The position numbers and the translations under genes are program-made. A DNA stretch of 64,000 nucleotides, taken from NCBI RefSeq assembly GCF_009914755.1, contig NC_060938.1. One strand, 5' to 3'. Each line of letters begins with the position of its first letter. Position 1 is the stretch's first letter. Shown here one piece after another: positions 42,134 through 61,985 of the stretch. Origin of the DNA: the human T2T-CHM13v2.0 reference genome, Homo sapiens. The notes under the pieces are model-generated. The model ran no database searches and had not been told where the DNA came from. It worked only from the letters and a program-made list of their open reading frames with translations.

Positions 42134-42316
42134 CTTGGGGTAGCACTGGCACATGCCCCAGATTAAACCCCTGGACACCATGATGCTGCCACAGAGTTTC
42201 ACTGAACTGGAGCCCATCATGACTCAGGAGGAATGTACTGAGAGCCAGGAGAAGACCCATACATTGAAGCTGAAGTAGAAGGTCTTCTCATCTGCCAAAG
42301 TCTCCTCATCTGCCAT
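42134..42316 (-). pseudogene. BSNDP: BSND (barttin) paralog, first coding exon, frameshifted
   Basis: gcagccATG MADEETLADEKTFYFSFNV / GLLLALSTFLLSHDGLQ / GSIMVSRGLIWGMCQCYPK|gtatgt, compared with barttin [32 protein letters not shown]...GSVMVIGGIIWSMCQCYPK. The donor is intact; the ATG frame stops after 30 codons. Confidence 0.9.
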
Positions 42317-43878
42317 GGCTGCCGGTCAGGCCCTTGCCTGTACACCCCTGAAAGAAGGGGCCCAAGCCATCCAGCATAAACATCCAGACAGGCTCACAGG
42401 AAGAGATGAAGCTCTTGGATCACTGCAAATCAAGGTTTAAAGTTAAAGGGAGGGCAAGAGCCCTTCAGCTCCAGGCCCATTCCCTGGACCCACCAGTGCA
42501 GCAGGGCTGGAGGCAGCATGCTTCGGTGGACCAGTGAACCCACTCCCCACCTTCTCTCCTTCCCTTGGGGCCCAGAAGGCCTGGAGTTCATGTGTGAATA
42601 TGGGTGAGGAAGCATGCAAGGGAGGGACAAGGGGAGGTTACAGGGGCTGGCCCCAGGGAAGCCTGTGACAAAACCTTCTTTGCCTACTTTGGGGTTGAAC
42701 TGAGTAAGCAGCTGATCCCACACCTTCTAGCCCCAGGAAGCAGGGTACAATTCTGCAGCCAAAATATGTTAAAATGCTGCCAGAGGATTTCAGGATCCCA
42801 CTGCCAGGCATTTCAGGATCCTAGATTTTAGACCCTTCAAGGATATGTGTCCATCTGGAATTCAGGCATGATGGCCCATATACAGTGGATGGTGATGATG
42901 CGCATGGCACCATTCTAAGCATGTTACAGCTATTAACTCACTTAAGGGACTCCATGAGGCACGTATTGCTACACCCACTATGCAGAGGACACTGAGCACA
43001 GACAAGTAACTTCCCCAAGATCACACAGCTGGAAATGGTAGAGAAGCTGGAACGTGAACCCAGAAGCTGTGCCCCCTGGCCACAGGGCAATGCTGCTTAA
43101 CTGCAGCACAGGGTTATGGGTGAGAGCTCTGATGGCAAGGCAGGCTGCCTGTGCTTAGATCCTGGCTCCTGTACTGTGGGGCAGCGTGGTCTTGATAACA
43201 TTACCTGCCTGTGTCTGTTTCCTCCTCTGTAAAATGGGGATAATAACAGTACCTCCCAGCATTGGCGCTATCTCCAGGCCTAGGTGTCCTGGATCCTTCT
43301 GCCCCCTTTACACTCTGTGCAGCATCCAGACCTGCTTGTAATGAGCTCCTCTACTCCCCCACCAAAGCTCTGGTGAATTAATGTCCCTGTGAGGTATAAG
43401 TGACTGACAGTAACTTCCTCAATCTCCTTGCAGCCTAATCTAAGAAGATGCCTTCTAAACAATAGCATTCTAATGTGAAATTTTAGTCCTGTGAAAGGCT
43501 AATGGGAGAAATCAGATTCCTTTACAAGATTACAGAAGAAACAGGACAATGAGTATCTCTAAAAGAGAATGTTCACTTGGAGTGTCGATGGGGTTAGGTG
43601 GCCGATACAGGATGAAAGGCTTTCATTTGGCTCCCTGACTTGCTGGGTTTGGGGTTTTCCCTGGTCCTGGTCATTACCTCTTTCCTCCTGCCCAGCATGT
43701 GCTCACACCAGCCCCTCTGCCTCATAGTCCTTCCCACAGGCCCTTTTTCTTATATTTTTTTAGAGAAGGTAAGCTCAGAGGAACTTTTAATATACCAATC
43801 GATGTTAATAAAACACAAGTCAAAGACAAGTGTCAACATGCTTTCAACCAACATTAATGAGGAAACAAGACACAAATT

Positions 43879-44192
43879 CTTTTTCTTTTTTTATTTTATT
43901 TTATTTTATTTTTGAGATGGAATCTCGCCCTGTCGCCCAAGCTTGAGTGCAGTGGCGTGATCTCCACTCACCACAAGCTCCTCCTCCTGGGTTCACGCCA
44001 TTCTCTTGCCTCAGACTCCTGAGTAGCGGGGACTACAGGCGCCTGCAACAACGCCTGGCTAATTTTTTGTATTATAGTAGAGATGGGGTTTCACTGTGTT
44101 AGCCAGGATGGTCTCGATCTCCTGAACTCGTGATATGCCCGCCTCAGCCTCCTAAAGTGCTGGGATTACAGGTTGAGCCACTGAGCCTGGCC
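43879..44192 (-). mobile_element. AluY
   Basis: Full dimer with AluY-type motifs; no clear TSD. Confidence 0.9.
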
Positions 44193-44569
44193 CTGTTTGT
44201 TCTTTTACATTAACTTTACAATATATTTGCCATGTTCTAAAAATGAATTTAATTGGAATTTTATTGAAATTATATGAGACATGATTTAGTCCAAGATGAA
44301 CACACAACATTATTATTACTCTTTCCATCCAGCTATGGCATATTTCTTTGTTTTCTCTAGTTGTCCTTTGTATCGCTCAATAAAATTTGTGGCTCTGGTA
44401 TATTTCATAATAATCATACATTATATTTCATTATTTCTAATTATTATAATGGATTGCATATACATTTACTATGTACCACATATTATGCAATATATTCATT
44501 ATCTCAATTCATAAAACAATCATGTGATTTAGTTGGTGTTATTACTAGATTACCATTGTACAAGTAAAG

Positions 44570-46858
<2,289 letters not shown>

Positions 46859-47531
46859 CTAAAAGTGAAGTGACAGGCCTCAAACTAGGCAAATCTTCTA
46901 TACACATATCTGACAAGGGACTTCAGGAAATCCTAAAAGTTTCAATGATGAAATAGGAGACTATAGACAAAAGACTTGAACAATGCACATAAGGAACCCA
47001 AATAACTCATAAACAAATGAAAATAAGCTCAGCCTCCTTCCAAACCACACAAGACTATTTCATATCCAACTGAAAAAATGATATCAAGTAAAGGCAAGAA
47101 TGTGCACAAATAAGTACCCACATAAGCTGCCAGTGGGAATATAAAATGGTGTTACTTCTTAGCAAATTTGGTATCATCTATTAAATAGTTCACTTTGCAT
47201 AATCTTGGGCCAAGCACTGCCAATCCTGGGCACATGCCCTGGAAAATCTCTACATGTGAACCAAAAACCAGCACCATTGTATGGATTATCAAAAAAAAAT
47301 CAAAAATAGAATGGAAAAACAAATTTCACTCTCTGCAATCATATAATCAGACAGTGCAGCAAGGAAAATGAATGAATGTAAGAAAACCACAATAGTAGCA
47401 AAAAACAGCAAGTCAGAATACGTAAGGCATGATTCCTTTTATGTAAAGTTTCAAAATATGGAAAACTCAAAATTATCTTCTGTAGGGAGAAAAACATACA
47501 TTCTTAGAATATATTAGGCAAAGACTTTTAC

Positions 47532-47714
47532 TTGTTTCTTTTTCAGTTTAAGGATCTGCTGTTCTACTTTTGCAATTTTTCAATCTACACGATCCATACT
47601 TTGTATTAACTCTTCGTTTGAAAGTTTTGAAGGTAAAGCATTTTGATCATCTCCACATGGTTGCCCCGAAATTGGAGAGGATGGAGCTTCATGTTTGCCT
47701 CCGAATGCTGGATC
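47532..47714 (-). pseudogene. NCOR1P: NCOR1 paralog, copy of exon 5 (183 bp) with an in-frame TGA
   Basis: ctaaag|DPAFGGKHEAPSSPISGQPCGDDQNALPSKLSNEELIQSMDRVD*KIAKVEQQILKLKKKQ|gtaaaa; TGA at 47582-47580 replaces Arg. Confidence 0.95.
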
Positions 47715-48940
47715 CTTTAGAGAATAAAACCAAGAAAAACAATTCATTTCTCACTAATAGAGTCCAGATTGCCTTAAATGAAACAGTCAGTTTTAAACCA
47801 CAGCAGAGCCATGTGTAATATGTGTCTAATGAAACCTTTAGCAGTAACTTTCATATTTACATATATGCAAATTCTCACCTCACTTTTATAGTTTAGATAT
47901 ACCATGTACTATTTTGAAGAGCCTAAAAGCTATACAAAGTCAGGTGAGTTAGTGCTGATCAGCCTCTAGTGTAACAATACTGAAATTATAGAGAATTTAT
48001 AGGTAAATAATGCAATCATGACGAAGATACCAACTTCTCAGCCATTTCCTTGCAATGGCTCTTCAAATGGTCTGAACCACTGGCTGGGAAATAGTATTAT
48101 TCCAGGTAAAACCTGTGTGTCCACCCAACTTAACAACTATAACATGGCCAAGTGTTCCTATCAGAAGTTTTCAGGCTTTCCAAACCAAAACTGAGGTACA
48201 CGAGTCAGAGAAGTGACCTAGGAACTTCAGCTGCTACTATCTCTGGGCCTACTTCCATAAAGCCCACACTACAGCATACGTAACATTTCCTTAGCCAAAA
48301 ACATCCCACTGCACCTCCAAATCAGCAGAGCTGTAGCAGAATGAAAGCCCCTTCACCCAAAATCCACTCCAACACACATCCACACACACCTTATTAATTT
48401 CCAGTCTGCTGTAAAGATATAAGCAATATTATAAAACATAAAGTTTAGAGCACTAATTTTACTTAGACTATCAGAAACCTACAATGAGGGTAGTTCACAG
48501 GATTACAGAACCCTAAAATGTATTAAATAATGATTAAGGAACTGTGAAAAGTCAATAGTTCTGAGCCAAGAATGCCTACAGGAGATAACTGGACAGTTGC
48601 TTCAAAACACCGTAGTACAGATATTTCAGCTAATATACACTGATGAAAAGCCTCATATTCTGTAATAGTATGCACTGAATCTGAGAGGCCTTCTGGGAAA
48701 ATAAGATTATGGCTATACCCTAAAACCTGTACAGTTCTGTAAGGAAAGCACCAATAAAAGCAATAACAATTCTAATAGACTTAATAGAGTTAAAGCTCCA
48801 GTATCCTTTGCATCTGGCATACAATCAATCTTTGGCAGCTTTAAGCCCTAGAATTTATGATTCCTCTCTTAAGATGTAAATCCGTGAGGTCATTGGCTTC
48901 CAAAATAAACCAGTATGTTTCATCTAAATAAAATATCAGT

Positions 48941-49238
<298 letters not shown>

Positions 49239-50097
49239 TCAGATTTGGCATATAACCATGTTTATCAACCTCTTTTTCTCCCCCTCCCTCCTTTATCAAC
49301 GCTAAAAAAAATACAAGAAAATTTGTCTTCACATTGTCTTTTCAATGCTTGAATCTTCACTAACACTGTGAAAAGCACGACAGTTCTTAAATTCACTAAA
49401 CCAGCTACTATTTGCACTAAATGAAAACTAAATGCAGAATGTTCAAATATTCTTAAGTCTTCATGTGTTGTGAAGCCTTTTTCTTTCATTATGAGACAGC
49501 ATACTCCTGAGAACTTAGAAATGTTAATGCATAAAGAAAGATCTTTGGTGAACTACCAGGACTTTCATGATACATTAATGTCATTCTCCCACTATATGCA
49601 TATGAGCAAATTTGTGTTACAGAAACATATATAACAGAAAAAGAGATTACATTTTGAATCAGCAGACTTCAAAAGTGCTCCTCAGGTGATTCTGATGCAT
49701 CTGATGCATCAGATGCAAAGATTAATATTCTGATGCAAAGAATTAATATTACAAATGAATATTTTCCACTGACTTCCTTTCTAAATATTAAATATTTAAT
49801 AAGAAACCAAATCCTCAAGTGCCTACTTATATAACAGGAATAGGGTGGTGGATCAAAACAGACAAGATATCTCCCTTCATGAAGTTTACAATCTTGGGTT
49901 GAAACAGCAAGATACCAATCCTGAAGAAAAAAGAGTTAGATTCTTACCTCATATCTTACATTAAAAAAGCCAAGTAATAGCAAACATTTATAAGAGGCTT
50001 ATTAGCAAATCACAAAAAGCCTCAAATTAAAAAAAAAAAAAGATTCACATTATCGTGGGTTCAGGAAAGCCAAAAGCAAAAGATAAAAAATACATTA

Positions 50098-50523
<426 letters not shown>

Positions 50524-50693
50524 TTAAATAGGAAAACCATTTGCAAAACATGCACTCTAACAACTCAATATAAAATAAACCAACAGAAAAATGGGCAACA
50601 TATAAGAAAAATCAATTTACAAAACAGGAAAAATAACCAATAAACAAATAAAAAAATGTTAAATTTTACTAACAAATAATACGTTTAATTTAA

Positions 50694-51168
<475 letters not shown>

Positions 51169-51274
51169 TGAACCTTAAAAATCAACCTGGTCTGTAATTA
51201 ATTATACTAAAAGAAATCTACCTTAAGGAAACAAGTAAGAATGCATACAGAAAAAACAAGCTAAATAATGTACG

Positions 51275-51565
51275 GGCCAGCTGCAGTGGCTCATGCCTGT
51301 AATCCCAGCACTTTGGGAGGCCAAGGTGTGCAGATCACCTGAGGTCAGGAGTTCGAGACCAGCCTGGCTAACATGGTGAAACCTCGTCTCCACTAAAAAT
51401 ACAAAAATTAGCTGAACTTGGTGGCATGCACCTGTAGTCCCAGCTATTTGGGAGCCTGAGGCAGGAGAATCGCTGGGAGGTATAGGTTGCAGTGAGCCAA
51501 GATCATGCCACTGCACTCCAGCCTGGGCAACAAAGTGAGACTCCATCTCAAAAAAAAAAAAAAAA
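51275..51565 (+). mobile_element. AluS
   Basis: Dimer with a small internal deletion and poly(A). Confidence 0.9.
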
Positions 51566-52962
51566 TGCATGTCACAACACCGTACTTCTGAACAAACAGG
51601 CAACCTAAATGTATGAAAATTGATTAAATAAATAACTTTATTTATTCATATGTGGAATACTAAGTAGCCACTAACAATACAGTTGTAAACTTATTGACAC
51701 AAAAAGAAGTTAAGCACGTATTTAAGCAAAAGTAAAGTTAAACAGAATGTACAAAGTGAGCACATTAAAACATTCATACGGGCCGACTCTGGACACACTG
51801 CCTATGGGTTAGCCCTGTTACACAAGGAGCAGCAGCAAAAAAAAACAAAAAACAAAAAAAAAACCCATAAAATTAAATTAAACTAAAATTAAAATAATAC
51901 ACACACAAATAGGGAAGAATCAACATGAAAATGTTAATAACTTTTAACTGGTAAAACTGCAGGTAATTTTTTCTTTCAAGCTTATTTAATTCTTCTATAA
52001 ATGATATACCTAGGCTTAACATTTAAAAAAAATCTAACAAATGTTAGTTCTTTTTAAATACTTACTTCTGGAGGTGGGCAGTTGGGAGAGAATGGGGAGA
52101 GGGAGATGGAAAGAGAAGTATTAGTTAGTAGTAGTAGTCATGGTTTACACTTTAGAGGAAAAAAAGCAGGACTAGAGTCAGGGGTCCTGGGTTAATTCCA
52201 GCTCAGGAGGTACTACCTAGGTCACTTAATTTTTCTGAACACCCAGTTTCTCAACTATAACATGGAAATGGGTCACACTACCACACAACACATCTCATTT
52301 TAATGAATGAGTTTTTAAGACACTTGTCTGCTAAAAAACGAAATTCTATAAATTACATTTTTGGTAATGTATTCAGCCATGGAAGATGACCTTTATTCAC
52401 TATATTTTTAAATTTCTTTTTTTTAATGCAGCAGAACACTTCTTATAAACCCCACAGACTACTGTAGGATAAGGATATTTCAAATGATAAGGTGGGTCAC
52501 AAGACACCTAGAAGCTTAGCTAATTTCTAGCTTATGGCAAAGAATATTTCCCCATCCAACTTACTATTTTGAAAAATTTCAAATTCACTTAAAAGTTGAA
52601 GGAACAGTATAATGGACACTCATTTATCCTTCATCTAGATTCACCAGTAGTTAACATTTTAACATATTTACTTTCTGTGTGTGTCTGTGTATGTTTATAA
52701 AACTTCATTTTGGCTGAACTATTTGAAAATAAATTGTAGATACATTTATTATCTTTTAAATTACTCTTCATTGCATGAAAACTCAAAGAAAATGTGTGGG
52801 TACTTATTTATCTGATATCAGGGAAGAAAGGGCAATCAGGCATAAAGGTTAACAAACATAGAAAAAATATTTGATGGCAGTAAAAACATTTTAAATTTCA
52901 GTATGCTTAAAAAAAAGAAAAATTGAAACAAAAAGACTCTGGGAAAAGTATTAGAATATGTT

Positions 52963-53525
<563 letters not shown>

Positions 53526-54251
53526 AAGTAGCCACAGGGGGGAAAATGTGTTTTATATATTAATGAGCAAAAATTAAGAATGACCTCAGGCTTCTAGTCA
53601 GAAACCATACAAACCAGAATACAATGATATGACATCTCTTAAAATACTGAAACTGTCAACTTAGAATTCTCTATCTAGTGAAAATAGTCTTCAGAAATAA
53701 AAACATTTTCAGGCAAATAAAAGCTGAGAGAATTAATTGCCAAAAGACCTAAACTGAGAGAAATGAAGTGCTTCAGGCAAAAACACAATAATATCAGAAG
53801 AAAACTTGAATACACAAAAAGAATGAAGTGATGATATATACACAGGCAATTAGAGAAGGAAAAAAAAATAAAGAGTAGAAATCAGTGAAATAGAAAAATA
53901 GTGAAAATGATTGAAACCAAAGCTAGTTCTTCAAAAATCTATTAAACTGATAAACCTCTAGGCAGACTGATTAAAAAATAATAAAAACAAACATTATCAA
54001 CATGATTAACAACATAGCAACATATCTCAAAGGCACTGAAATGATGAGGAAATATTGAGACAAATTATGTCAATAAATCTGATACCTTAAACAACAAAAT
54101 ATACCCAAACTGACTCAAGAAAAAATTATCTGAATTATAACTATTAAAGAAATTTAATTCATATTTAAATTCTTCCCAGAAAAAAAAATCTGGGACCAAG
54201 TTTCATTGATAAATTCTATCAAATATCTAAGGTTGAAAAAGTATCAATCCC

Positions 54252-54991
<740 letters not shown>

Positions 54992-55184
54992 CTACACAAA
55001 CCCCTTAAGAAAAGAAAACACAGGAGTAAAGAGCACTCTCCAAGCTAACATCATTCTTAATGCAGAAAGACTGAAACTCAACGCTTACCACACCACATAT
55101 AAAATTTTAATTCAAAATAGGTAATTTACCTAAATGAAACACCTATAATTATAAAACTTAGAGAAGAAAACATAAGTGAAAATT

Positions 55185-55910
<726 letters not shown>

Positions 55911-56478
55911 CTACATCGGACTTGATAAAAATAAAAAATGTATGCTCTCCAAAGGATACTGTTAAGAAAATGAGGCAAAACTTCTTTTAATAATCTAGAT
56001 ACAATATATAGATATATGTTTTCTAAGTAATTTTATCTATAATAATCAAAAACTGGAATAGGTGACTGGATAAACAAATTGTGGTATACCCATACTCAAC
56101 AATAAAAAGGAATGAACTGAGACATGCCAGACATGGATAGATCACAGAAGTATTATGGGAAGCAAAAGAGGTCATAGACAAAAGAGTTCCCATGAAGCTC
56201 AGAATGTATACAATGTTTTATGACAGAAAGCAGATCAGTGGTTTCCTAGGAGCTGAGGTTAGTAGGAATTGGGGGAGGAGAACTGACACGGGTGGGTGCC
56301 AAGGAGGATGGGGTGCCAAGGAACGTGCTGGAGTGTTAGAAATGTTGTTCATCTTCATTTTGGTGATGGTTCTATGAGTTTATGAATTTGTCAAAATTTG
56401 TTACAATGTACACATATAATGAGTGCATTCTAATATAGATATATGTGTATATATATATAAACTAAACTGCAAAGTTAA

Positions 56479-56776
<298 letters not shown>

Positions 56777-57700
56777 TGATTTTATGAAAAAACCAGCAGC
56801 AACAATAATCCGGAAAATTGGTAATCAGATGAATAACACTGGGGTAGGGGGACAACACAAGCAAAATTCAACACCAATCATGACAGAAATTCTCAAACTA
56901 GGAACAGAAAGCAACCTCTTCAACCAAAAAAGGCATCAACAAAAATGTGCAACTAACGTTACACGTAATGCTAAAAGACTAAATGCCTCCCTACACAGGA
57001 ACATCGTAGGAATGTCCATTCTAACTCTGTAATCATGACTACACTTCAAAGGAGTCCTCAGTAGGACCCCGTAGTACATTTTGATGACAAATCTGCTTTC
57101 TTAGTCTCTGAGATGACCGTTTTATCCCATCCTTTCCTATTTTTCTTTAAACCTCTTACATCCATATCTTTGGTCTACTCTGAGATGATTATTTCACCTC
57201 ATACTTTATTTTTCACAAGGTAAATCAATCTCTTACAAACTCTTCCTATAATAAAGTCTTCCTTCCTATCTACCATCCCTTCCTTCCTTCCTACCTACTA
57301 TGCAAATCTTCCTACCATCAATCTCTCAAGAAGACAGAGGTCTTTATCCTGGCCATCACTCAAGACATGCCAAGTTATCTAGCCAGCTTAAAACTCAACC
57401 ACAACTTGGGAGTATAAATATAGGTCTTACCCTAGAAATTCTAGAGAATTGATAAGTTTTCTATTTATCATCAACTCCTGTCATCAAAACAAAGACAAGT
57501 TCAACTCCTGAAATCGGCATAAAGCCACAGTAAGAAGACAGAAATAATTAATTCCCAACCTTTGGTTCCTTGTCTTTGTAAATAGCTCTTGCCACTTAAA
57601 AAAAAAGGCAAATTTGGTGGTTTCTACCAACATGTGTATTAAATAGGAAAAGTAAAGAAAAACAAAAAAACGTGCAATTTGCATAGCATTTGTTCCTTAC

Positions 57701-57878
57701 CTGCTGGTGGTGGGTGCTGGGAAACGTATACTTTACAGAGTGAGGAGGAGAACGACTTTGTTCTGTGCTGAATGCTCCTTGGTTGGGAGGATAAACTGAA
57801 CTTGACATTATCAGTAAAGAAGTTCTCACCAGACTGCGAGATCAACGCCAATAAACAATCATGTTTCTAGGAAACCAT
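57701..57878 (-). pseudogene. NCOR1P: NCOR1 paralog, copy of exon 2 (70 nt UTR, ATG at 57808, 108 nt coding)
   Basis: tgtttag| acceptor; MSSSVYPPNQGAFSTEQSRSPPHSVKYTFPSTHHQQ|gtaagg compared with NCOR1 MSSSGYPPNQGAFSTEQSRYPPHSVQYTFPNTRHQQ. Confidence 0.95.
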
Positions 57879-58374
57879 CTAAACAGGATGGGAAAAAAAT
57901 AGAATTAATAAGAACTAAAACACCAAGTGTACTTCTAATAAATTATAACTATAGATACATAAATAAAACCACAATTACCAGGAAAAGCTTCCTCTCAGGT
58001 ATTTACTTAATAAAAGTTACCAAGGTTTGAAAACATTAATGCATCATTTCTTTTTATATTTAAAATAGGTTAGTATGTGACAAATAATATAATTAGCTAT
58101 ATAAAGTAAAAACAGTATATAAAAACAGCATAATATCTGGCACATAGTAACTGCTCAGTAAATACCTTTCTATAAATGTCTAAGGCATATAAAGACAAAA
58201 ATACATGGTTTTAAATTTGGGAGTTGATAAGTCAATTGTGAAAAGAATTCAAGAGTAGTTTTAAGGTAAGCATTTGTGCAGAGGAAGTATTGTCTTTATT
58301 AAATAATTGTGAAGCAAGGATGATAAAATACTAAGTTTTGTAATCACAGATGGTAGGTAGATGGATATTTGTTA

Positions 58375-58783
<409 letters not shown>

Positions 58784-59634
58784 CTAGACTAATTTGATTT
58801 GTCTGTCTTTTCCTGTGCCAATGCCACACTTTTCAAATTACTCTAGTATTACGAGGTTTCATATCCAGCAGGGCAAGTTTCACCTCACTGTGCTTCGTTG
58901 TTGCTGCTACTTTCACCACCTTCCCAGCTATTCTAGAACATTTCCTCTTACACACAAGCATGAGAGTCAGCTTGTCAGGTCCCAGAGAAATTCTGGATGA
59001 GAAAACATAAATATTGAATTCACAGACTGACTAATGGGAGAACAGGTACCCCTATACTCCTGAGTATTCCCATTCTAAAACATGATTATCTACGTTTATG
59101 TTTCAGGATAACACAAATATTTATGTTATACATAATTCATATGAGTGTATTTTACATACATATGGTAGAGAATATTACATATGTGTAAAAATGTGTGCAA
59201 TAATATATAATTTCTATCTTAATTATATATAAAACTCCCATGACAAAAATTTTATATACACATATACACATGTGCATGTGTGTACATACACTCTTACTTT
59301 AAGACTGGAGTTCTATTATTACCTAATTGGGTGGTTTTAAAAAAATAGAATTTAAATATAAGATGAAAACTATATAATTGCATACATAAAAATATAACAG
59401 ATATAATTTTATATATATAAAATCTTCACCCATTTAATACTTTATTAGTAAAGTTTTAATTTTGTTTCCATCATTTCAAGGTATTTGGGAAGAGGGCAAA
59501 TTCAAAAAATAATTCAGTATGACAAATTGATCAATTTCCCAGTTTTTATCAATATATTCTTTATCCAGTTAGGTTTAGAAAATAAAATTTTCTAGGGAAT
59601 TGTCATTCAATCTAACTTTAAAACAAAACTTATA

Positions 59635-60686
<1,052 letters not shown>

Positions 60687-61331
60687 TCAGAAGACTGACC
60701 AGCTGTCCCTCAGTCTGTTTTCTCCCTGTTCCCTTCCAAGGCCCGAGGCATGGAGGTCAGCAAATCTTAAGGATTGGAAGGTTGAGATTACCCAACTAAC
60801 ACTGATTTGACAGGTGAGAAATGTGAAGATCAGAGAAAGTCAATAATTCCTCCAATATCACAAAATTGTCTGTGGCAAAATGGGAAAAACTAATGTTTTC
60901 TGCAATGCTTTGCGGCCTTCTCAGCAGGTAGTGAACTAGGAGAAGGTGAGATGTTCCGTGAGACCACACATTAAAACCACCTGAGGAGCTTTCTCCTCAT
61001 CTATACATCTGCAACTGCTCCAGGTGGAAGGGGAAAAGCCAACATGTGGCACTGTGGGGAGGGTTGATCTTTTTAGAAATAAAGATTATATGCAGGACTT
61101 AAGAGTTTTTAAAAGTACCACAGAATACAAAGTGAAAAATCTCCTTGCCCTTCTCCTCCAGCTGCTACCCAGTTACCCTCCCAGAAGGCAACCAAAGTTA
61201 CTAGTTTCTAGAGTGTCCTTTAGAAATATCCCACACATACATACAATCACACTTTTTCCCCTATGTAAATGGTGGCATACTAGAAACACACTGTTCTGTA
61301 TCTTGCTTTTATTACTTAATACATCTCGGTT

Positions 61332-61629
61332 GGCCTGGTGCAGTGGCTCATGCCTGTAATCCCAGCACTTTGGGAGGCTGAGGAGGGTGGATCATGAGGT
61401 CAGGAGATCAAGATCATCCTGGCTAACACAGTGAAACACCGTCTCTATTAAAAATACAAAAAAGTTAGCCAGGCATGGTGGTGGGCGCCTGTAGTCCCAG
61501 CTACTCAAGACGCTGAGGTGGGGAGAAAGGCATGAACCCAGGTGGCAGAGCTTTCAGTGAGCCAAGATCACATCACCAACCTCCAGCCTGGGTGACAGAG
61601 CGAGACTCCGCCCCCCCCCCCAAAAAAAA
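61332..61629 (+). mobile_element. AluY-like
   Basis: Full dimer; aatacatct on both flanks. Confidence 0.88.
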
Positions 61630-61696
61630 TACATCTTGGCAATTATTCTCATGCATCTATGGTTCTTTCTATTGCTAAAGAGAATTTCACTACATG

Positions 61697-61985
61697 GGCC
61701 AGATGTGGTGGCTCACGCCTGTAATCCCAGCATTTTGGGAGGCTGAGGCGGGTGGATCACCTGAGGTCAAGAGTTCGAGACCAGCCTCACCAACATGCTG
61801 AAACCCCGTCTCTACTGAAAATACAAAAATTAGCCAGGCATGGTGGCACATGCCTGTAATCCCAGCTACTCGAGAGGCTGAGGAAGGAGAATCGCTTGAA
61901 ACCAGGGGCAGAGGTTGCGGTGAGCTGAGGTCGTGCCATTGCACTCCAGCCTGGGCAACAAGAATGAAACTCTGTCCAAAAACAG
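61697..61985 (+). mobile_element. AluS
   Basis: Full dimer; TSD agag(a/t)atttcacta. Confidence 0.88.
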
